Of a stretch of 64,000 nt of DNA, positions 11,288 through 21,402 are shown one piece after another. The stretch covers positions 1,800-65,799 of the forward strand of contig JBMNLI010000009.1 of NCBI GenBank assembly GCA_050952645.1, in the 5' to 3' direction. The notes beneath the pieces are model-generated. The model made no database searches. It saw nothing but the letters and a program-made list of their open reading frames with translations, and was not told where the DNA came from. Position numbers and translations under genes: made by a program. This DNA is from Bdellovibrionota bacterium (lineage in GTDB: Bacteria > Bdellovibrionota_C > UBA2361 > CAKMMH01). The first letter of the stretch is position 1. The number at the start of each line of letters is the position of its first letter.

Positions 11288-12592
11288 CTACTTAGAACTA
11301 TTATAAACTTGCAATTTTTTAGATTGTATATAGCCAAAATTCTTATTATCTTTAGATGCTATCTTATAAAACTTTCCACGTCTTCCTACTACATGCACCC
11401 TATCGCCCTTTTTAAAATAGCCTACCACCTTACTATCCTTACTCGGAGCTATTCTAACGGGAGTTTCCTCTAAAATTTGATACAACCCTAAAGATAAAAT
11501 ATTTGTTTTTTTTCTTCCTCTCTTAAAGCCCTGCTTTTTTAACTTTTGACTCGTTAATTTTCGATTTGTTTTACTACTTAAAGATTTATCTAATATTTCT
11601 ATCTTTTCTAACTTTTCTATCTCTCTAGTTTTATCACTATCAAAATCTATATCATAATCTATCTTCTCTAAACTAATATAATCTTTCTTTTTTATTTTTC
11701 TTAATTCAAACTTTTCATTTACATAAATTATAACTGCACCAAAAATTAAAATTCCGAAAAATATTATCCAATATATTCGTTTCCTAAATTTATTATGCGT
11801 AAATTGCTTTGAAAGTATTACCTCTTCTACATACTCTTTAGCCCTTTTAGAATGGGCTTCAATCGCTAAATTTTCATTTTTATTAACAGCAAAAATATTC
11901 TCATATTTTTTAAAAATTACTAGCAAGCTTTCTTCATTTAATTTAGTTAATAAACTAAAAAATTTATCATAAATAATTTTTCCTAAAATAAGAGTTTCAT
12001 TTATATTACTATTTTCGTTGTTTTCATTTTTTTTGCCATCTGCTAAAAGTTTTTTAAGATTTTCACAAGCCTCGCCAAAAGGAGCAAGAAGAACGAAACT
12101 TGGGAGCTTCTCTTCTTCAAGATTTAATAATATATCTAAGAACTGTAAAAATATTTTAGTAGCACACTCATTATTGTTTTCATTATCGTTTGCATTATTA
12201 TTTTTATTATTACTTTCTTTATTACTTTCTTTATTATTATAATTATCTTTTAACTGAAACTCACTAAGCTTTTGTCTTATAATATTAAACTCTTTTTTGT
12301 TATATAAATCTAAAAGAGCCGAACTCGAAAAATCTTTAGTAGAAAAAGGTAAATTAGCTTCTAAAGTGTCGCTTTTATTCTCATCTTTGCTAAAACTCTC
12401 TTTAGAACTCTCTGAACTCTCTTTATTAAAACTCTCTTTATTAAAACTCTCTTTAAAACTCTCTTTAAAACTCTCTTTATTAAAGCTCTCTTTGCTTTTA
12501 GCCTCAATTTTAGCTTCATTTTTAGCTTCATTTTTAGCTTTAGCCTCGTTTTCTTTTTTTAATAAATCTTCTAAGCCTAGTTCTACGGTCAT
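11288..12592 (-). CDS. repeat-containing membrane-anchored protein with C-terminal bacterial SH3 (SH3b) domain
   Basis: 434 aa. Tandem KESFN/KESFK/AKNEAK peptide repeats near the N-terminus, one TM helix (WIIFFGILIFGAVIIYV) and a C-terminal SH3_3-like segment (VRIAPSKDSKVVGYFKKGDRVHVVGRRGKFYKIASKD). Confidence 0.6.
   Translation of the reverse strand: MTVELGLEDLLKKENEAKAKNEAKNEAKIEAKSKESFNKESFKESFKESFNKESFNKESSESSKESFSKDENKSDTLEANLPFSTKDFSSSALLDLYNKKEFNIIRQKLSEFQLKDNYNNKESNKESNNKNNNANDNENNNECATKIFLQFLDILLNLEEEKLPSFVLLAPFGEACENLKKLLADGKKNENNENSNINETLILGKIIYDKFFSLLTKLNEESLLVIFKKYENIFAVNKNENLAIEAHSKRAKEYVEEVILSKQFTHNKFRKRIYWIIFFGILIFGAVIIYVNEKFELRKIKKKDYISLEKIDYDIDFDSDKTREIEKLEKIEILDKSLSSKTNRKLTSQKLKKQGFKRGRKKTNILSLGLYQILEETPVRIAPSKDSKVVGYFKKGDRVHVVGRRGKFYKIASKDNKNFGYIQSKKLQVYNSSK
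12390..12550. repeat. tandem 15/12-bp coding repeats (AAACTCTCTTTATTA-like) plus TTAGCTTCATTT repeats
   Basis: Direct tandem units are visible on the plus strand at 12392-12545. Unit lengths are multiples of 3 and encode (KESFN)n and (AKNE)n in the minus-strand ORF. Confidence 0.75.
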
Positions 12593-12792
12593 ACTAATTT
12601 TATTACTCTTTTTTAAATTTATAACTAAAAAATTTACAAATTAAATTACACTATAATATATAATATCAATATATATATATCGAAAATATTTGATAAAAAT
12701 TACTTATCTTTAACTACAACTAATAAATTTTACACGCTTTTTACTTCTTATCAAAATTTTAAACCTTATTTTTAAACCTTATTTTCTTAATT

Positions 12793-14499
12793 TTATTTTC
12801 TTAATACTTTATTTTTAATTTTAACTAACAACTTAGCTGCCTCTCTTATCTCTTTTATTCTTAACAAATGCGATAAAACAAAATAAGAAATAAATGCAAA
12901 TACTACCGATAATATAAGCTTTAAAAGAACTGATGTATTTAAACTAAACGCTAAACTAGTAAAGTAATACATTCCAATAGATGCTAAAAACGATTTTATC
13001 GTGCAAGAAAAATACCCATCAAACTCTACAGCCTTATCTTTTAATTTAAAAATAAAAAACAATATTAAAAATCCCATACTAGAGGAAATACTAGCAGAAA
13101 GTGCTAGTCCAATATGTCCTAAATCTATAAAAGGAAAATAATTATATAAAAACTCTTGGTAATAATATAACATTTTTGCACTTATAGAATTACTAAACTC
13201 GAGCTTGCCACACATTAAAAGCGAAATATGAAAATGTAAAATTAACATAACCATACTTAAAACCGTTGGCGTTTTAGTATCCTTTTTAGCTAAAAATGCT
13301 CGAACTAAAATCGTATATGAACTTATTCCCCAAATACCTATCGCATAAGCCTTTAGCGCAGATGCAGTATTAAGCGTTGAAACGCTATCGAACGCTTTTC
13401 TTTGTAAAAAAACTTGAATACAAGGCTCTGCAATTAAAAATATATAAAACGATACGGGAACTATAAAAAAACTAGTGTAAGATAATGCATTTTTTAAACT
13501 ATCGTGAAACTCTTTTTTTTGCCCATTTACTACAAACTTTGAAAGACTAGGAAGAAGCACCGATGCTAGCGAAATAGTAAATATGCCTATTGGAATTTGT
13601 GAAAACCTATCGGCATAAAAAAGCCAAGAAACACTCCCCTCGCTAAGCATTGAAGCTATAACGGTATTTATAAAAATCGTAAGTTGGTAAACACCAGCTC
13701 CTACGATAGCAGGTAGCATAAGTTTTATAAGATTTAAAATTAGCTTATTAAATATGCGAAACGATGGCAAAAGCGTTAATTTAACTCTTCTTAAATACCT
13801 TACTTGTAATAGACACATAAAAACACCAGACACTATGACGGATATCGCCATAAGGTGCGACGCCTTGTATGGCGTAAAGAAGAAACCTAAAAATGCGAAT
13901 ATAATCATTATTATATTCATTAAGATTTGTGAAGTAGCAGAAACTCCAAAAATTTTAAAAACGCTTAAGGCTCCATTTGCAAGCGATACAAAACTGATAA
14001 ATATAATGTAAGGAAACATTATTTTAGTAAGATTGCTTGCAAGGGCTAATTTACCTGAAACATTTTCAAACCCAGGGGCAAAAAATAGCGTTATCTCTTT
14101 TGCAAATATAATTCCAAGCACGCTTAATAGCGACGTTACTAACAATAGAAATCCCCCAACCTCTCTAAAAGCTTTTCTAGTTTCCTTTTCCCCTTTTTTC
14201 ACTTCTTCAGAAAAAAGAGGAACGAACGCAGATGTTAAAGCTCCTTCTGCTACGAAACTTCTTAACATATTAGGTATTTTAAACGCTACGAAAAAAGCGT
14301 CGGCATACATTCCGGAACCAAACAGACTAGCAAAAACTAAATCTCTAAAAAATCCCGCTATCCTACTTACTAAAGTTAGAATACCAACTATGCTAGTGCC
14401 TTTAATTATAGTTTTATTCTCATTTTGCAATGTAGTATTTGCTATATTTGTTTCTTGATTTGTTTCTATTTCTTTTTTTGTTTCACTTTCATTATCCAT
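12793..14499 (-). CDS. murJ: lipid II flippase MurJ/MviN
   Basis: 568 aa, about 14 TM helices. Conserved MurJ N-terminal block SRIAGFFRDLVFASLFGSGMYADAFFVAFKIPNMLRSFVAEGALTSAFVP. Confidence 0.85.
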   Translation of the reverse strand: MDNESETKKEIETNQETNIANTTLQNENKTIIKGTSIVGILTLVSRIAGFFRDLVFASLFGSGMYADAFFVAFKIPNMLRSFVAEGALTSAFVPLFSEEVKKGEKETRKAFREVGGFLLLVTSLLSVLGIIFAKEITLFFAPGFENVSGKLALASNLTKIMFPYIIFISFVSLANGALSVFKIFGVSATSQILMNIIMIIFAFLGFFFTPYKASHLMAISVIVSGVFMCLLQVRYLRRVKLTLLPSFRIFNKLILNLIKLMLPAIVGAGVYQLTIFINTVIASMLSEGSVSWLFYADRFSQIPIGIFTISLASVLLPSLSKFVVNGQKKEFHDSLKNALSYTSFFIVPVSFYIFLIAEPCIQVFLQRKAFDSVSTLNTASALKAYAIGIWGISSYTILVRAFLAKKDTKTPTVLSMVMLILHFHISLLMCGKLEFSNSISAKMLYYYQEFLYNYFPFIDLGHIGLALSASISSSMGFLILFFIFKLKDKAVEFDGYFSCTIKSFLASIGMYYFTSLAFSLNTSVLLKLILSVVFAFISYFVLSHLLRIKEIREAAKLLVKIKNKVLRK

Positions 14500-14620
14500 A
14501 CGAATTTAATTATATCTTTTTTTATAAAATTATATATACTAATCTTTTATACACTAATCTTTTAAAGAAAAAAATAATTTAGATATTTTAAAAGGCAATA
14601 AAAATTTAAGGATAAAAAAA

Positions 14621-15031
14621 ATGGGATTATTTAGAAAGAAAAAGCATAAACTACCATCATTTCCAAAAACCATAAAAAAAACGTTTAAAGAGTATTGCGT
14701 AAATGTTTCCTTAGATAAAATAGATAGATTAAAAGAAAAAGTTTTAGAACAAATAGAAGAGGCAAAGGAAAGAGCAGGACAAGGACGCCTAAGCGATGTT
14801 CAATTAGCAAAAGAAATCTCAGAAAGATGCCTCTATCTCTTAGACCACTATGAAGACTTTTCACCTAGAGAGCAGAAGCTTATAACTGGGGCAGTTTGCT
14901 ATTTTGCAATAAGTGATGACCCGATAAGCGAAGAAATTTTTGCTTGTGGGTATGATGATGATGCGCAAGTTGTAAATTACGTATTAGAAGAATTAAAAAT
15001 CGATAATATGTATATACTAATTGCGGATTAG
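14621..15031 (+). CDS. hypothetical protein
   Basis: 136 aa ORF with a plausible RBS. No confident family. Confidence 0.4.
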   Translation: MGLFRKKKHKLPSFPKTIKKTFKEYCVNVSLDKIDRLKEKVLEQIEEAKERAGQGRLSDVQLAKEISERCLYLLDHYEDFSPREQKLITGAVCYFAISDDPISEEIFACGYDDDAQVVNYVLEELKIDNMYILIAD

Positions 15032-15046
15032 TAAAAAGTTAAGATA

Positions 15047-16282
15047 TCACCTTACTACCGTTAGGCTCGCAATCTCATCTTTGTACGGCCTTCCAGTTTT
15101 TCTTATAATATTCGTATCGGTTACTACTACTCTCATCACATTTTCCTTATTTTTTCGCTTATCAAAAACTGATGCAACGGCATGAATAATGTAATGCTTC
15201 CCACCTCTTTTCCCTAAATAAATCATTATATGTCCAGGAAAAAAAACTAGACTTCCAGCTTTTTTATTATCAAAAACCTCATTTAATTTAGCTCTACTAG
15301 AAATAATAATAGCGCTATTATTTAAATTTTGTTGTTGAAATGAATTCCTTGGGAATTTAAAACCAAAAACACTATAAACATTTAAAACGAAACCGCTACA
15401 ATCTACACCATTATAAAGCCCACCCCAACCGTAAGGAGTGCCTAAATATTTAAACGCTTGTCTTATAAGATTTCTTTTAGTGTAGGCTAGATAGCCAATA
15501 TGAATTTGAGATTTTGGCAATTTTACTTTTTTATATATTAAATCTCCTTTATCAGATTTTTTAGGAAATTTTACTACTACAAAATCTTTCTCCTCTTTTA
15601 TAAGCGCTAGCTTCACTCCCATATCTAAAACTTCTTCTTTAACTTTTATTAGAGGTTCAGACACCACAACGAAATTCTCTTCATCTAAATATTTTAAAAA
15701 CTGTAAATAGCTTTCAAAAAACGCAATGTTTTTTATCTCTACCCAACCTTGCACATTATAAGTGGAAATTAAAGCCCAGCTTCCTAAGGTTCTAAGCAAA
15801 ATTACGGGCTCTCCAAGTTTTAACTCTTTATATTGATGCTTATCAAAATGAGTATCATCTTTATCTTCAAATTTCGGTTCATTAGATGGATATCTTCTTA
15901 AATTACTTTTATGAATTACAGCAGCAAATTTTTTGCTTTTATTTTTTCTAATATATTTAGGTAGATTATAAAAATCGACTAAGCTCTTATTATTTTTAAA
16001 AAGTTTATAATTAAAATCTTTTATCTCATCACTTAGCAAAATAATTTTATTGTTATTATTATAAAATGCTTGCCAGTATTTTTTTTCAAAATCTTGATTT
16101 TTTATACTACTAGAAGAAAAACATGCACTTAAAGCAATTAAAATTATTATTAAAAATCTCTTTAACATACTCTCCTTTAACTTTTTTGTCCTTGCATTAC
16201 ATTTCTCTTTAAGAGCATAGACGAAAATTTTTATAAAAAAAAGATGCAAAATAGAAAGGTATTTAAAAAACGGTCGATACAA
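15047..16282 (-). CDS. NlpC/P60 (C40) family cell-wall peptidase lipoprotein
   Basis: 411 aa. Lipobox LIALSAC. C-terminal C40 catalytic region GTPYGWGGLYNGVDCSGFVLNVYSVFG ... GHIMIYLG ... HYIIHAV (Cys/His). Confidence 0.75.
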   Translation of the reverse strand: MYRPFFKYLSILHLFFIKIFVYALKEKCNARTKKLKESMLKRFLIIILIALSACFSSSSIKNQDFEKKYWQAFYNNNNKIILLSDEIKDFNYKLFKNNKSLVDFYNLPKYIRKNKSKKFAAVIHKSNLRRYPSNEPKFEDKDDTHFDKHQYKELKLGEPVILLRTLGSWALISTYNVQGWVEIKNIAFFESYLQFLKYLDEENFVVVSEPLIKVKEEVLDMGVKLALIKEEKDFVVVKFPKKSDKGDLIYKKVKLPKSQIHIGYLAYTKRNLIRQAFKYLGTPYGWGGLYNGVDCSGFVLNVYSVFGFKFPRNSFQQQNLNNSAIIISSRAKLNEVFDNKKAGSLVFFPGHIMIYLGKRGGKHYIIHAVASVFDKRKNKENVMRVVVTDTNIIRKTGRPYKDEIASLTVVR

Positions 16283-16329
16283 TCACTTGCCTTGGTATAA
16301 ATAGAGTGCCACTTTCATGGAGGAATTTT

Positions 16330-16476
16330 ATGAATTATAAAGAAATACATACTTTAGATTTTATAAAAAACGAAACCATTATTTTAAAACTTTTTTCTTC
16401 TCCACCTAATAAGGAAGAAACGGTATATAAAAAACTATCTGAAACTCTTGATGTGATAATTAAGGGACAAAACTAA
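16330..16476 (+). CDS. small ORF (48 aa) with strong RBS upstream of fliD
   Basis: atGGAGGaattttATG then MNYKEIHTLDFIKNETIILKLFSSPPNKEETVYKKLSETLDVIIKGQN. Too short for the ORF track. Coding status uncertain. Confidence 0.3.
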   Translation: MNYKEIHTLDFIKNETIILKLFSSPPNKEETVYKKLSETLDVIIKGQN

Positions 16477-16524
16477 TAAAAAAAGGTTAACGCTCTAATT
16501 TTATTATAAAACTCCATTTTCTAT

Positions 16525-16551
16525 TAAAGATTATTTATTTTTTACCGATAG
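16525..16551 (+). promoter_or_regulatory. sigma-28 (FliA)-type class III flagellar promoter upstream of fliD
   Basis: TAAAGATT-N11-ACCGATAG against consensus TAAAGTTT-N11-GCCGATAA, about 55 bp upstream of the fliD start. Confidence 0.5.
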
Positions 16552-16604
16552 TATAAATTAGAAAGTAGAATTTTATTTTAATTTAAAATGGAGTTTAAAT
16601 AAAA

Positions 16605-17993
16605 ATGTCGAGCATTACTTTTTCAGGATTAGCTTCAGGGATTGATACATCAACTTTAATAACCTCGCTAGTATCAAGGGAGCGAAGTGCTAAAGTTGCT
16701 CCGCTTGAAAATAAAATTTCAAGATATGAAGACACTAAAGATAGTTTAACTAAGTTAAAATCTTTGCTTAATAATTTAAAAAGTAATGTAGAAAAATTTA
16801 GAACTCTTTCGGGAGGTATTTTATCAAAAACCACTCTCTCATCTGATGAAACTATACTATCTACATCGACCTCAAATATTGCGGGGCAAGGAAATTACGA
16901 TATAACTGTAAAAGAGCTAGCTAAAACTGGGAGTTTCTCTTTTAGTTCTAGATTTTTAACGGCATCGGATAAAATAGCTCCTGAACTTGTAGGCTCCGAT
17001 ACGATAACTATTTCCGTTGGTACGGAAGAAACAGAACTTACCATAACTAGCGAAACTACTATTCAAAACGTTATAGATGGATTTAATGCATTAAATAAAA
17101 ATGGGCAAGCTTCTTTAATAAATGTTGGAACTAGCACATCTCAAAGTCTCGCTTTAATGGTAACTAGCAAAGAAGCAGGGCTTACAAAAGGAGAGATTAG
17201 CATAACGGTAGGTGAGAAGTTAAAAGCTAGTAATCTGAGTTTAGACCCTACGCTTGGGAAATTATCACAGGCACAAAATGCCAAACTTAGCATAGCTGGT
17301 CTTGCAGATGATATAGAAAGAAGCTCGAATACTATTTCAGATTTAATTCCTGGGATTAGTTTTAAATTAAACGCCATAGGCACTGTAAATATTTCTACTA
17401 GCGTGGACACTGAAAACACTTCTTCCGTTGTAAATGATTTTGTAGATACCCTAAATGAGGTCGTTTCATATATAAAAGAAAATGATTTAATTTCTACTAC
17501 ACAAAATGGTAAAGAAACTAAAATAGTGTATGGTTCTTTATCCTCTACGTCGATAGATGAAAATGTTTTATCAGCCCTAAGGGCTTCTCTTTCAAACTCT
17601 AGAACTTCTGGGGGGAGTGTAAACATATTATCTGAGCTTGGAATTACTACTAAAAGAGATGGCACTTTAGCTTTTGATGAAAATAAATTCAAAGAAGCGT
17701 TAGTTAAGGATAGTAATTCGGTAGAAAGAATTTTTACTAATTTAGGAGAAGATTTAGGTGGCGTTAATGGAAAGATTTATCAACTAACGGGGTTTAATGC
17801 CATAATCGACCAAGGTATAAACACGTTATCAAATCAGATTAGTGATACTAATAATAAAATTAGCTCTATTGAAAGTTCTTTAGCAAAGTATGAAGCTAGA
17901 CTTACTAGAAAATACGCAGGACTTGAATCGCTCGTAGGAAAATTAAATGCTCAATCTTCTTCGCTTATCTCTTTATTAGGTAGTATGTGGTAG
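16605..17993 (+). CDS. fliD: flagellar filament capping protein FliD (hook-associated protein 2)
   Basis: 462 aa. N-terminal FliD_N-like block (SGLASGIDTSTLITSLVSRERSAKVAPLENKISRYEDTKDSLTKLKSLL...NYDITVKELAKTGSFSF). C-terminal FliD_C-like coiled coil (YEARLTRKYAGLESLVGKLNAQSSSL). Confidence 0.85.
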   Translation: MSSITFSGLASGIDTSTLITSLVSRERSAKVAPLENKISRYEDTKDSLTKLKSLLNNLKSNVEKFRTLSGGILSKTTLSSDETILSTSTSNIAGQGNYDITVKELAKTGSFSFSSRFLTASDKIAPELVGSDTITISVGTEETELTITSETTIQNVIDGFNALNKNGQASLINVGTSTSQSLALMVTSKEAGLTKGEISITVGEKLKASNLSLDPTLGKLSQAQNAKLSIAGLADDIERSSNTISDLIPGISFKLNAIGTVNISTSVDTENTSSVVNDFVDTLNEVVSYIKENDLISTTQNGKETKIVYGSLSSTSIDENVLSALRASLSNSRTSGGSVNILSELGITTKRDGTLAFDENKFKEALVKDSNSVERIFTNLGEDLGGVNGKIYQLTGFNAIIDQGINTLSNQISDTNNKISSIESSLAKYEARLTRKYAGLESLVGKLNAQSSSLISLLGSMW

Positions 17994-18015
17994 AAGCAAA
18001 AATTTAAACCATACT

Positions 18016-18633
18016 TTAAAATTTAAGTTCCTGGCTAGCTAATAAGATTGCTAAGATTGAGTAAGACTCTTTTATTGTTCCATCATTTATCATTTCTAAT
18101 GCTTTTTTAAATGGCACTTTAATAATGGAGATATATTCAGAGGCATCTAACTTTTGAAGATTTTGAGACGCTATATCTCTAACTAAAAAGATATTTCCTC
18201 TAGACGTTACTAAACTTGAGTTCGTTATAAAATTACTTAGTAAGGGCTTAAAACTATTTGCCACGACTCCTATTTCTTCTCTTACCTCTCTTTTAGCCGC
18301 ATCTAGTGGAGTCTCTCCCTCTTCTATTGCACCTTGAACTACCTCGATAGTATATTCAAAAAGGGGATGGCGATACTGTTTTACTAAGTATATTTCATTA
18401 TTATCATCGATTACTACTGCTGTAATAAAATCTCCTTTTTTAACGTAAGTATAAACGTAATCTTTTTCATCTGGAGTTTTTAGGCTATCTCTTTTTATCT
18501 CTATCCAAGGGGTTTTATGGATACTTTCCGAGGCTATAAGCTTCCAATCGCTCTTTAAATCGATGCGATCTATTTTATCTAGTTTGTTTTTAAAATTACT
18601 TTTATCTGTAATTTTTCTATTATCTCGCTTCAT
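18016..18633 (-). CDS. NUDIX hydrolase (ADP-ribose pyrophosphatase-like)
   Basis: 205 aa. Nudix box GAIEEGETPLDAAKREVREEIG. Confidence 0.8.
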   Translation of the reverse strand: MKRDNRKITDKSNFKNKLDKIDRIDLKSDWKLIASESIHKTPWIEIKRDSLKTPDEKDYVYTYVKKGDFITAVVIDDNNEIYLVKQYRHPLFEYTIEVVQGAIEEGETPLDAAKREVREEIGVVANSFKPLLSNFITNSSLVTSRGNIFLVRDIASQNLQKLDASEYISIIKVPFKKALEMINDGTIKESYSILAILLASQELKF

Positions 18634-18659
18634 AAGTTTTACTATCTTTATTTTTGTTT

Positions 18660-19235
18660 TTATTTTTTTTCTTTATTTAAAGCTTGATTAGCTAGTAGTA
18701 TTCCGACTATTGAGAAAGCATCTTTTATTTCTCCTTGGTATACTAAGGATACTGCTTCCTTGAAAGGAATTTTTTTAACTGCGATTTTCTCGGTAGGGTC
18801 TAAATTTTGTAAGCCTATCTCTTTTATATCTCGGACTAAATATATAACTCCTCTTTCGCTAGTTATGCAATTACTTATATGTAAGTCTTTAATTAAAAGT
18901 TCATAGCTATTAGCTATAATCCCAGCTTCTTCTTTAATCTCTCTCTTGACTGTTTCTAGAGGGTCTTCGTTTTCTTCTATCCCTCCTGCTATAATTTCCC
19001 AAGTATATTCGTCCATTGTGTAGCGATATTGTCCTACTAAGAATATTTCATTTTTTTCGTTAAGGATAACTGCCCCAGCTCCTCCTTTTTTTTCTATAAA
19101 AGAATAAGTGCCATTTTGTCCTTTTGGAGTTTTAACATCATCTTTTCTAAATTTAAACCAAGGGGTTTCAAGGACTACACTAGTTTTAAGCGTTACCCAA
19201 GGATTAGTTGTGTCTACATTATCATTTAATTTCAT
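18660..19235 (-). CDS. NUDIX hydrolase, tandem paralog of the preceding gene
   Basis: 191 aa. Nudix box GGIEENEDPLETVKREIKEEAG. Collinear similarity to 18016..18633 (for example YLVRDI..NL). Confidence 0.8.
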   Translation of the reverse strand: MKLNDNVDTTNPWVTLKTSVVLETPWFKFRKDDVKTPKGQNGTYSFIEKKGGAGAVILNEKNEIFLVGQYRYTMDEYTWEIIAGGIEENEDPLETVKREIKEEAGIIANSYELLIKDLHISNCITSERGVIYLVRDIKEIGLQNLDPTEKIAVKKIPFKEAVSLVYQGEIKDAFSIVGILLANQALNKEKK

Positions 19236-19406
19236 AGGAAAGAATTTTAAAAAAATAAATTATATATTTAACATTTCATTAACATAAAAATCATATAAAC
19301 TATTATAGCGCTTTATAACTAATTGATTTAATATTGTCATTTCTCCTCCACTTTTTTCCCACATATTATAACCACCAATTTCAAAAAAACTACGATAAAA
19401 TTCATT

Positions 19407-20024
19407 TTACCATTCTAACGGAATAAAATCTATTTTAATATATTCAGATTTATAGTCAATCCACACTGTATTTATACCAACCTTTTGTGCTGGTAATATA
19501 TCATTCTCTATTCTATCACCTATATACAATATTGAAGATGCTTCTTCGCCCACTTTTTCGATCATATATTGAAAAAATCTAATATTAGGTTTGCTAATTC
19601 CTAAATGGGAATCAAAAATTATCTGCTTAAAATAATCAACTATTTGATACTTAATAAATAAATTTAAAGTCTCTTTTGGTTGATTAGCAAAAATAAAAAT
19701 ATCATACAAATTAGCCATTTTCGCTACAGTTTCTAATGCGTTGTTAATTGGCACATTAATGTTATGCCAATTTTTCAATACATAATTCCACGCATTAGCT
19801 GTTATTTGTTTAGAATTTAACTGCTCTATTTCATTACAATAATCTGTAAGTCAATCTAAGTTGTTATTTTTATAGCCTTCTAATCTTCTTTCAAAAAAAT
19901 TCTTTCTTTTGTAGCTACTAAGATTTTTATACACTTCATAAGTGTAAACCATTTCTACTGCGCAATCGTGAAAAAGTACATTTCCTACATCTAAAATGAT
20001 ATGTTTATATTTATCTAGGGTCAT
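19407..20024 (-). pseudogene. HAD-superfamily hydrolase gene interrupted by an in-frame TGA
   Basis: Minus-strand ATG at 20024 gives MTLDKYKHIILDVGNVLFHD (HAD motif I, DxG). An in-frame TGA follows at 19852-19854. The same frame then continues into the track ORF 19407..19778, which carries the HAD C-terminal motifs (ILYIGDRIENDILPAQKVGINTVWI). Confidence 0.65.
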
Positions 20025-20689
20025 TCTTTAATCACTTTTACAATTCCTTGGCTAATTAGCTCATTTATTAAATAGCATCCATCATTTTCATTTATACCAA
20101 AAATATTCATAAAATTATTAAATGAAAAATTTTTCTTAATTAACTGTTTTGGAAATTCAAAAATTCTAAAATTATTTTCTTCTGTTAAACCAATGCTATT
20201 TACTTTCTCATTGTTATCTGTATATTCATAAATTCGTTCATCTTTTCCCCATAACTTATTTATTTCATAATTTTTATTATAACATTGCTCAACTTTCAAT
20301 GGATTATAAAATGCTAAACCTAAACTGGTCCACACTATATGGTGGCAATCATATTTCAACAAACGCGTACATTTTTCAAAATTAAACTTTAGATCCCAAG
20401 GAAGAGGATCGCACTCTCTATAATCAAGAGGAATAACATCTAATGATAAGCACTCCTTTAACACATCAATGTTTTCAAAGTTTGAATTACATCTATATGT
20501 ACACAATAGAAGCCCCATTGGTTTTAAATTAACATGTATATTGCTCCAATTCAGCTTTATGTCTTCATATATAATTACACTATACTTTTTTTTATCAGTA
20601 ATCGTTTGAGTAGCTGAATAAAAAACATTTTTTTTGGTAGGATATTCAGACTTAAAGATTTGAAACAATCTCTCAGAGCCAATTATCAA
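20021..20689 (-). CDS. hypothetical Cys-rich protein (possibly an N-terminally truncated remnant)
   Basis: 222 aa, begins at TTG. The same frame extends upstream to an ATG at 20845 through a single in-frame TAA at 20714-20716 (MYSWMSFKSVYSDSFKLFNKRNSICHPNDYYGAIWEYPWLCTL*NFDAYEDIL...). No family recognised. Confidence 0.4.
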   Translation of the reverse strand: MIIGSERLFQIFKSEYPTKKNVFYSATQTITDKKKYSVIIYEDIKLNWSNIHVNLKPMGLLLCTYRCNSNFENIDVLKECLSLDVIPLDYRECDPLPWDLKFNFEKCTRLLKYDCHHIVWTSLGLAFYNPLKVEQCYNKNYEINKLWGKDERIYEYTDNNEKVNSIGLTEENNFRIFEFPKQLIKKNFSFNNFMNIFGINENDGCYLINELISQGIVKVIKE

Positions 20690-20853
20690 AATATCTTCAT
20701 AAGCATCAAAATTTTAAAGCGTGCATAGCCAAGGATATTCCCATATAGCTCCATAATAATCATTCGGATGGCAAATACTATTTCTCTTATTAAAAAGCTT
20801 AAACGAATCTGAATAAACTGATTTAAATGACATCCAGCTATACATTTTTTACT

Positions 20854-21402
20854 CTATAAAATAAATAAAATATTTTTTTTTATATCTTCTTTGCTAATAG
20901 TTTTTACTACAAAGTGCACAATTTTAGAATCATACTTATACCTTTTATAATAATTCTCTGAGTGTATATGTGATAAATATTTTTCAGTAGACATTTTTTT
21001 ACAGTCCTTGACATTTAATATATCTATTAAAAATATAGCATAAATAGCCCACTCACTAAAATGTAATTTCTCTAATAATGTATTAACCTTTTTAGGAACA
21101 ATATCTTTCCAGCCATTTTTATATATCCTTTCTATATATTGGTTAAGTTGACTTAAATAAGATTTATTGAAAACTATAAGCTCCATTATAAAGTCTCCCA
21201 AAAGATATGATTTCTTAGGGACGGTTTTTAGTATTTTCGCCATATTTTTGAGTCTTTTTCTTTCATAATCTAAATGAATAGATGGATATTTATTCCTATT
21301 ATAATAAATAATTGGATTATTATTTTTCACTAAATCATCAAAATAAATTTTTTCAACAAAATAGTATCTGCTCCTATAATACAAATGTTTTGTGTACTGC
21401 AT
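20854..21402 (-). CDS. hypothetical protein
   Basis: 182 aa ORF, Tyr/Lys-rich. No recognisable family. Confidence 0.35.
   Translation of the reverse strand: MQYTKHLYYRSRYYFVEKIYFDDLVKNNNPIIYYNRNKYPSIHLDYERKRLKNMAKILKTVPKKSYLLGDFIMELIVFNKSYLSQLNQYIERIYKNGWKDIVPKKVNTLLEKLHFSEWAIYAIFLIDILNVKDCKKMSTEKYLSHIHSENYYKRYKYDSKIVHFVVKTISKEDIKKNILFIL

Noticed and set aside
19852-19854. Possibility that TGA encodes Trp (genetic code 4) and the HAD gene is intact
   Set aside because: All long conserved genes in the window (uvrB, topA, uvrC, tadA and others) are uninterrupted and use TGG for Trp. No other conserved gene needs TGA read as sense. A nonsense mutation is the simpler explanation.
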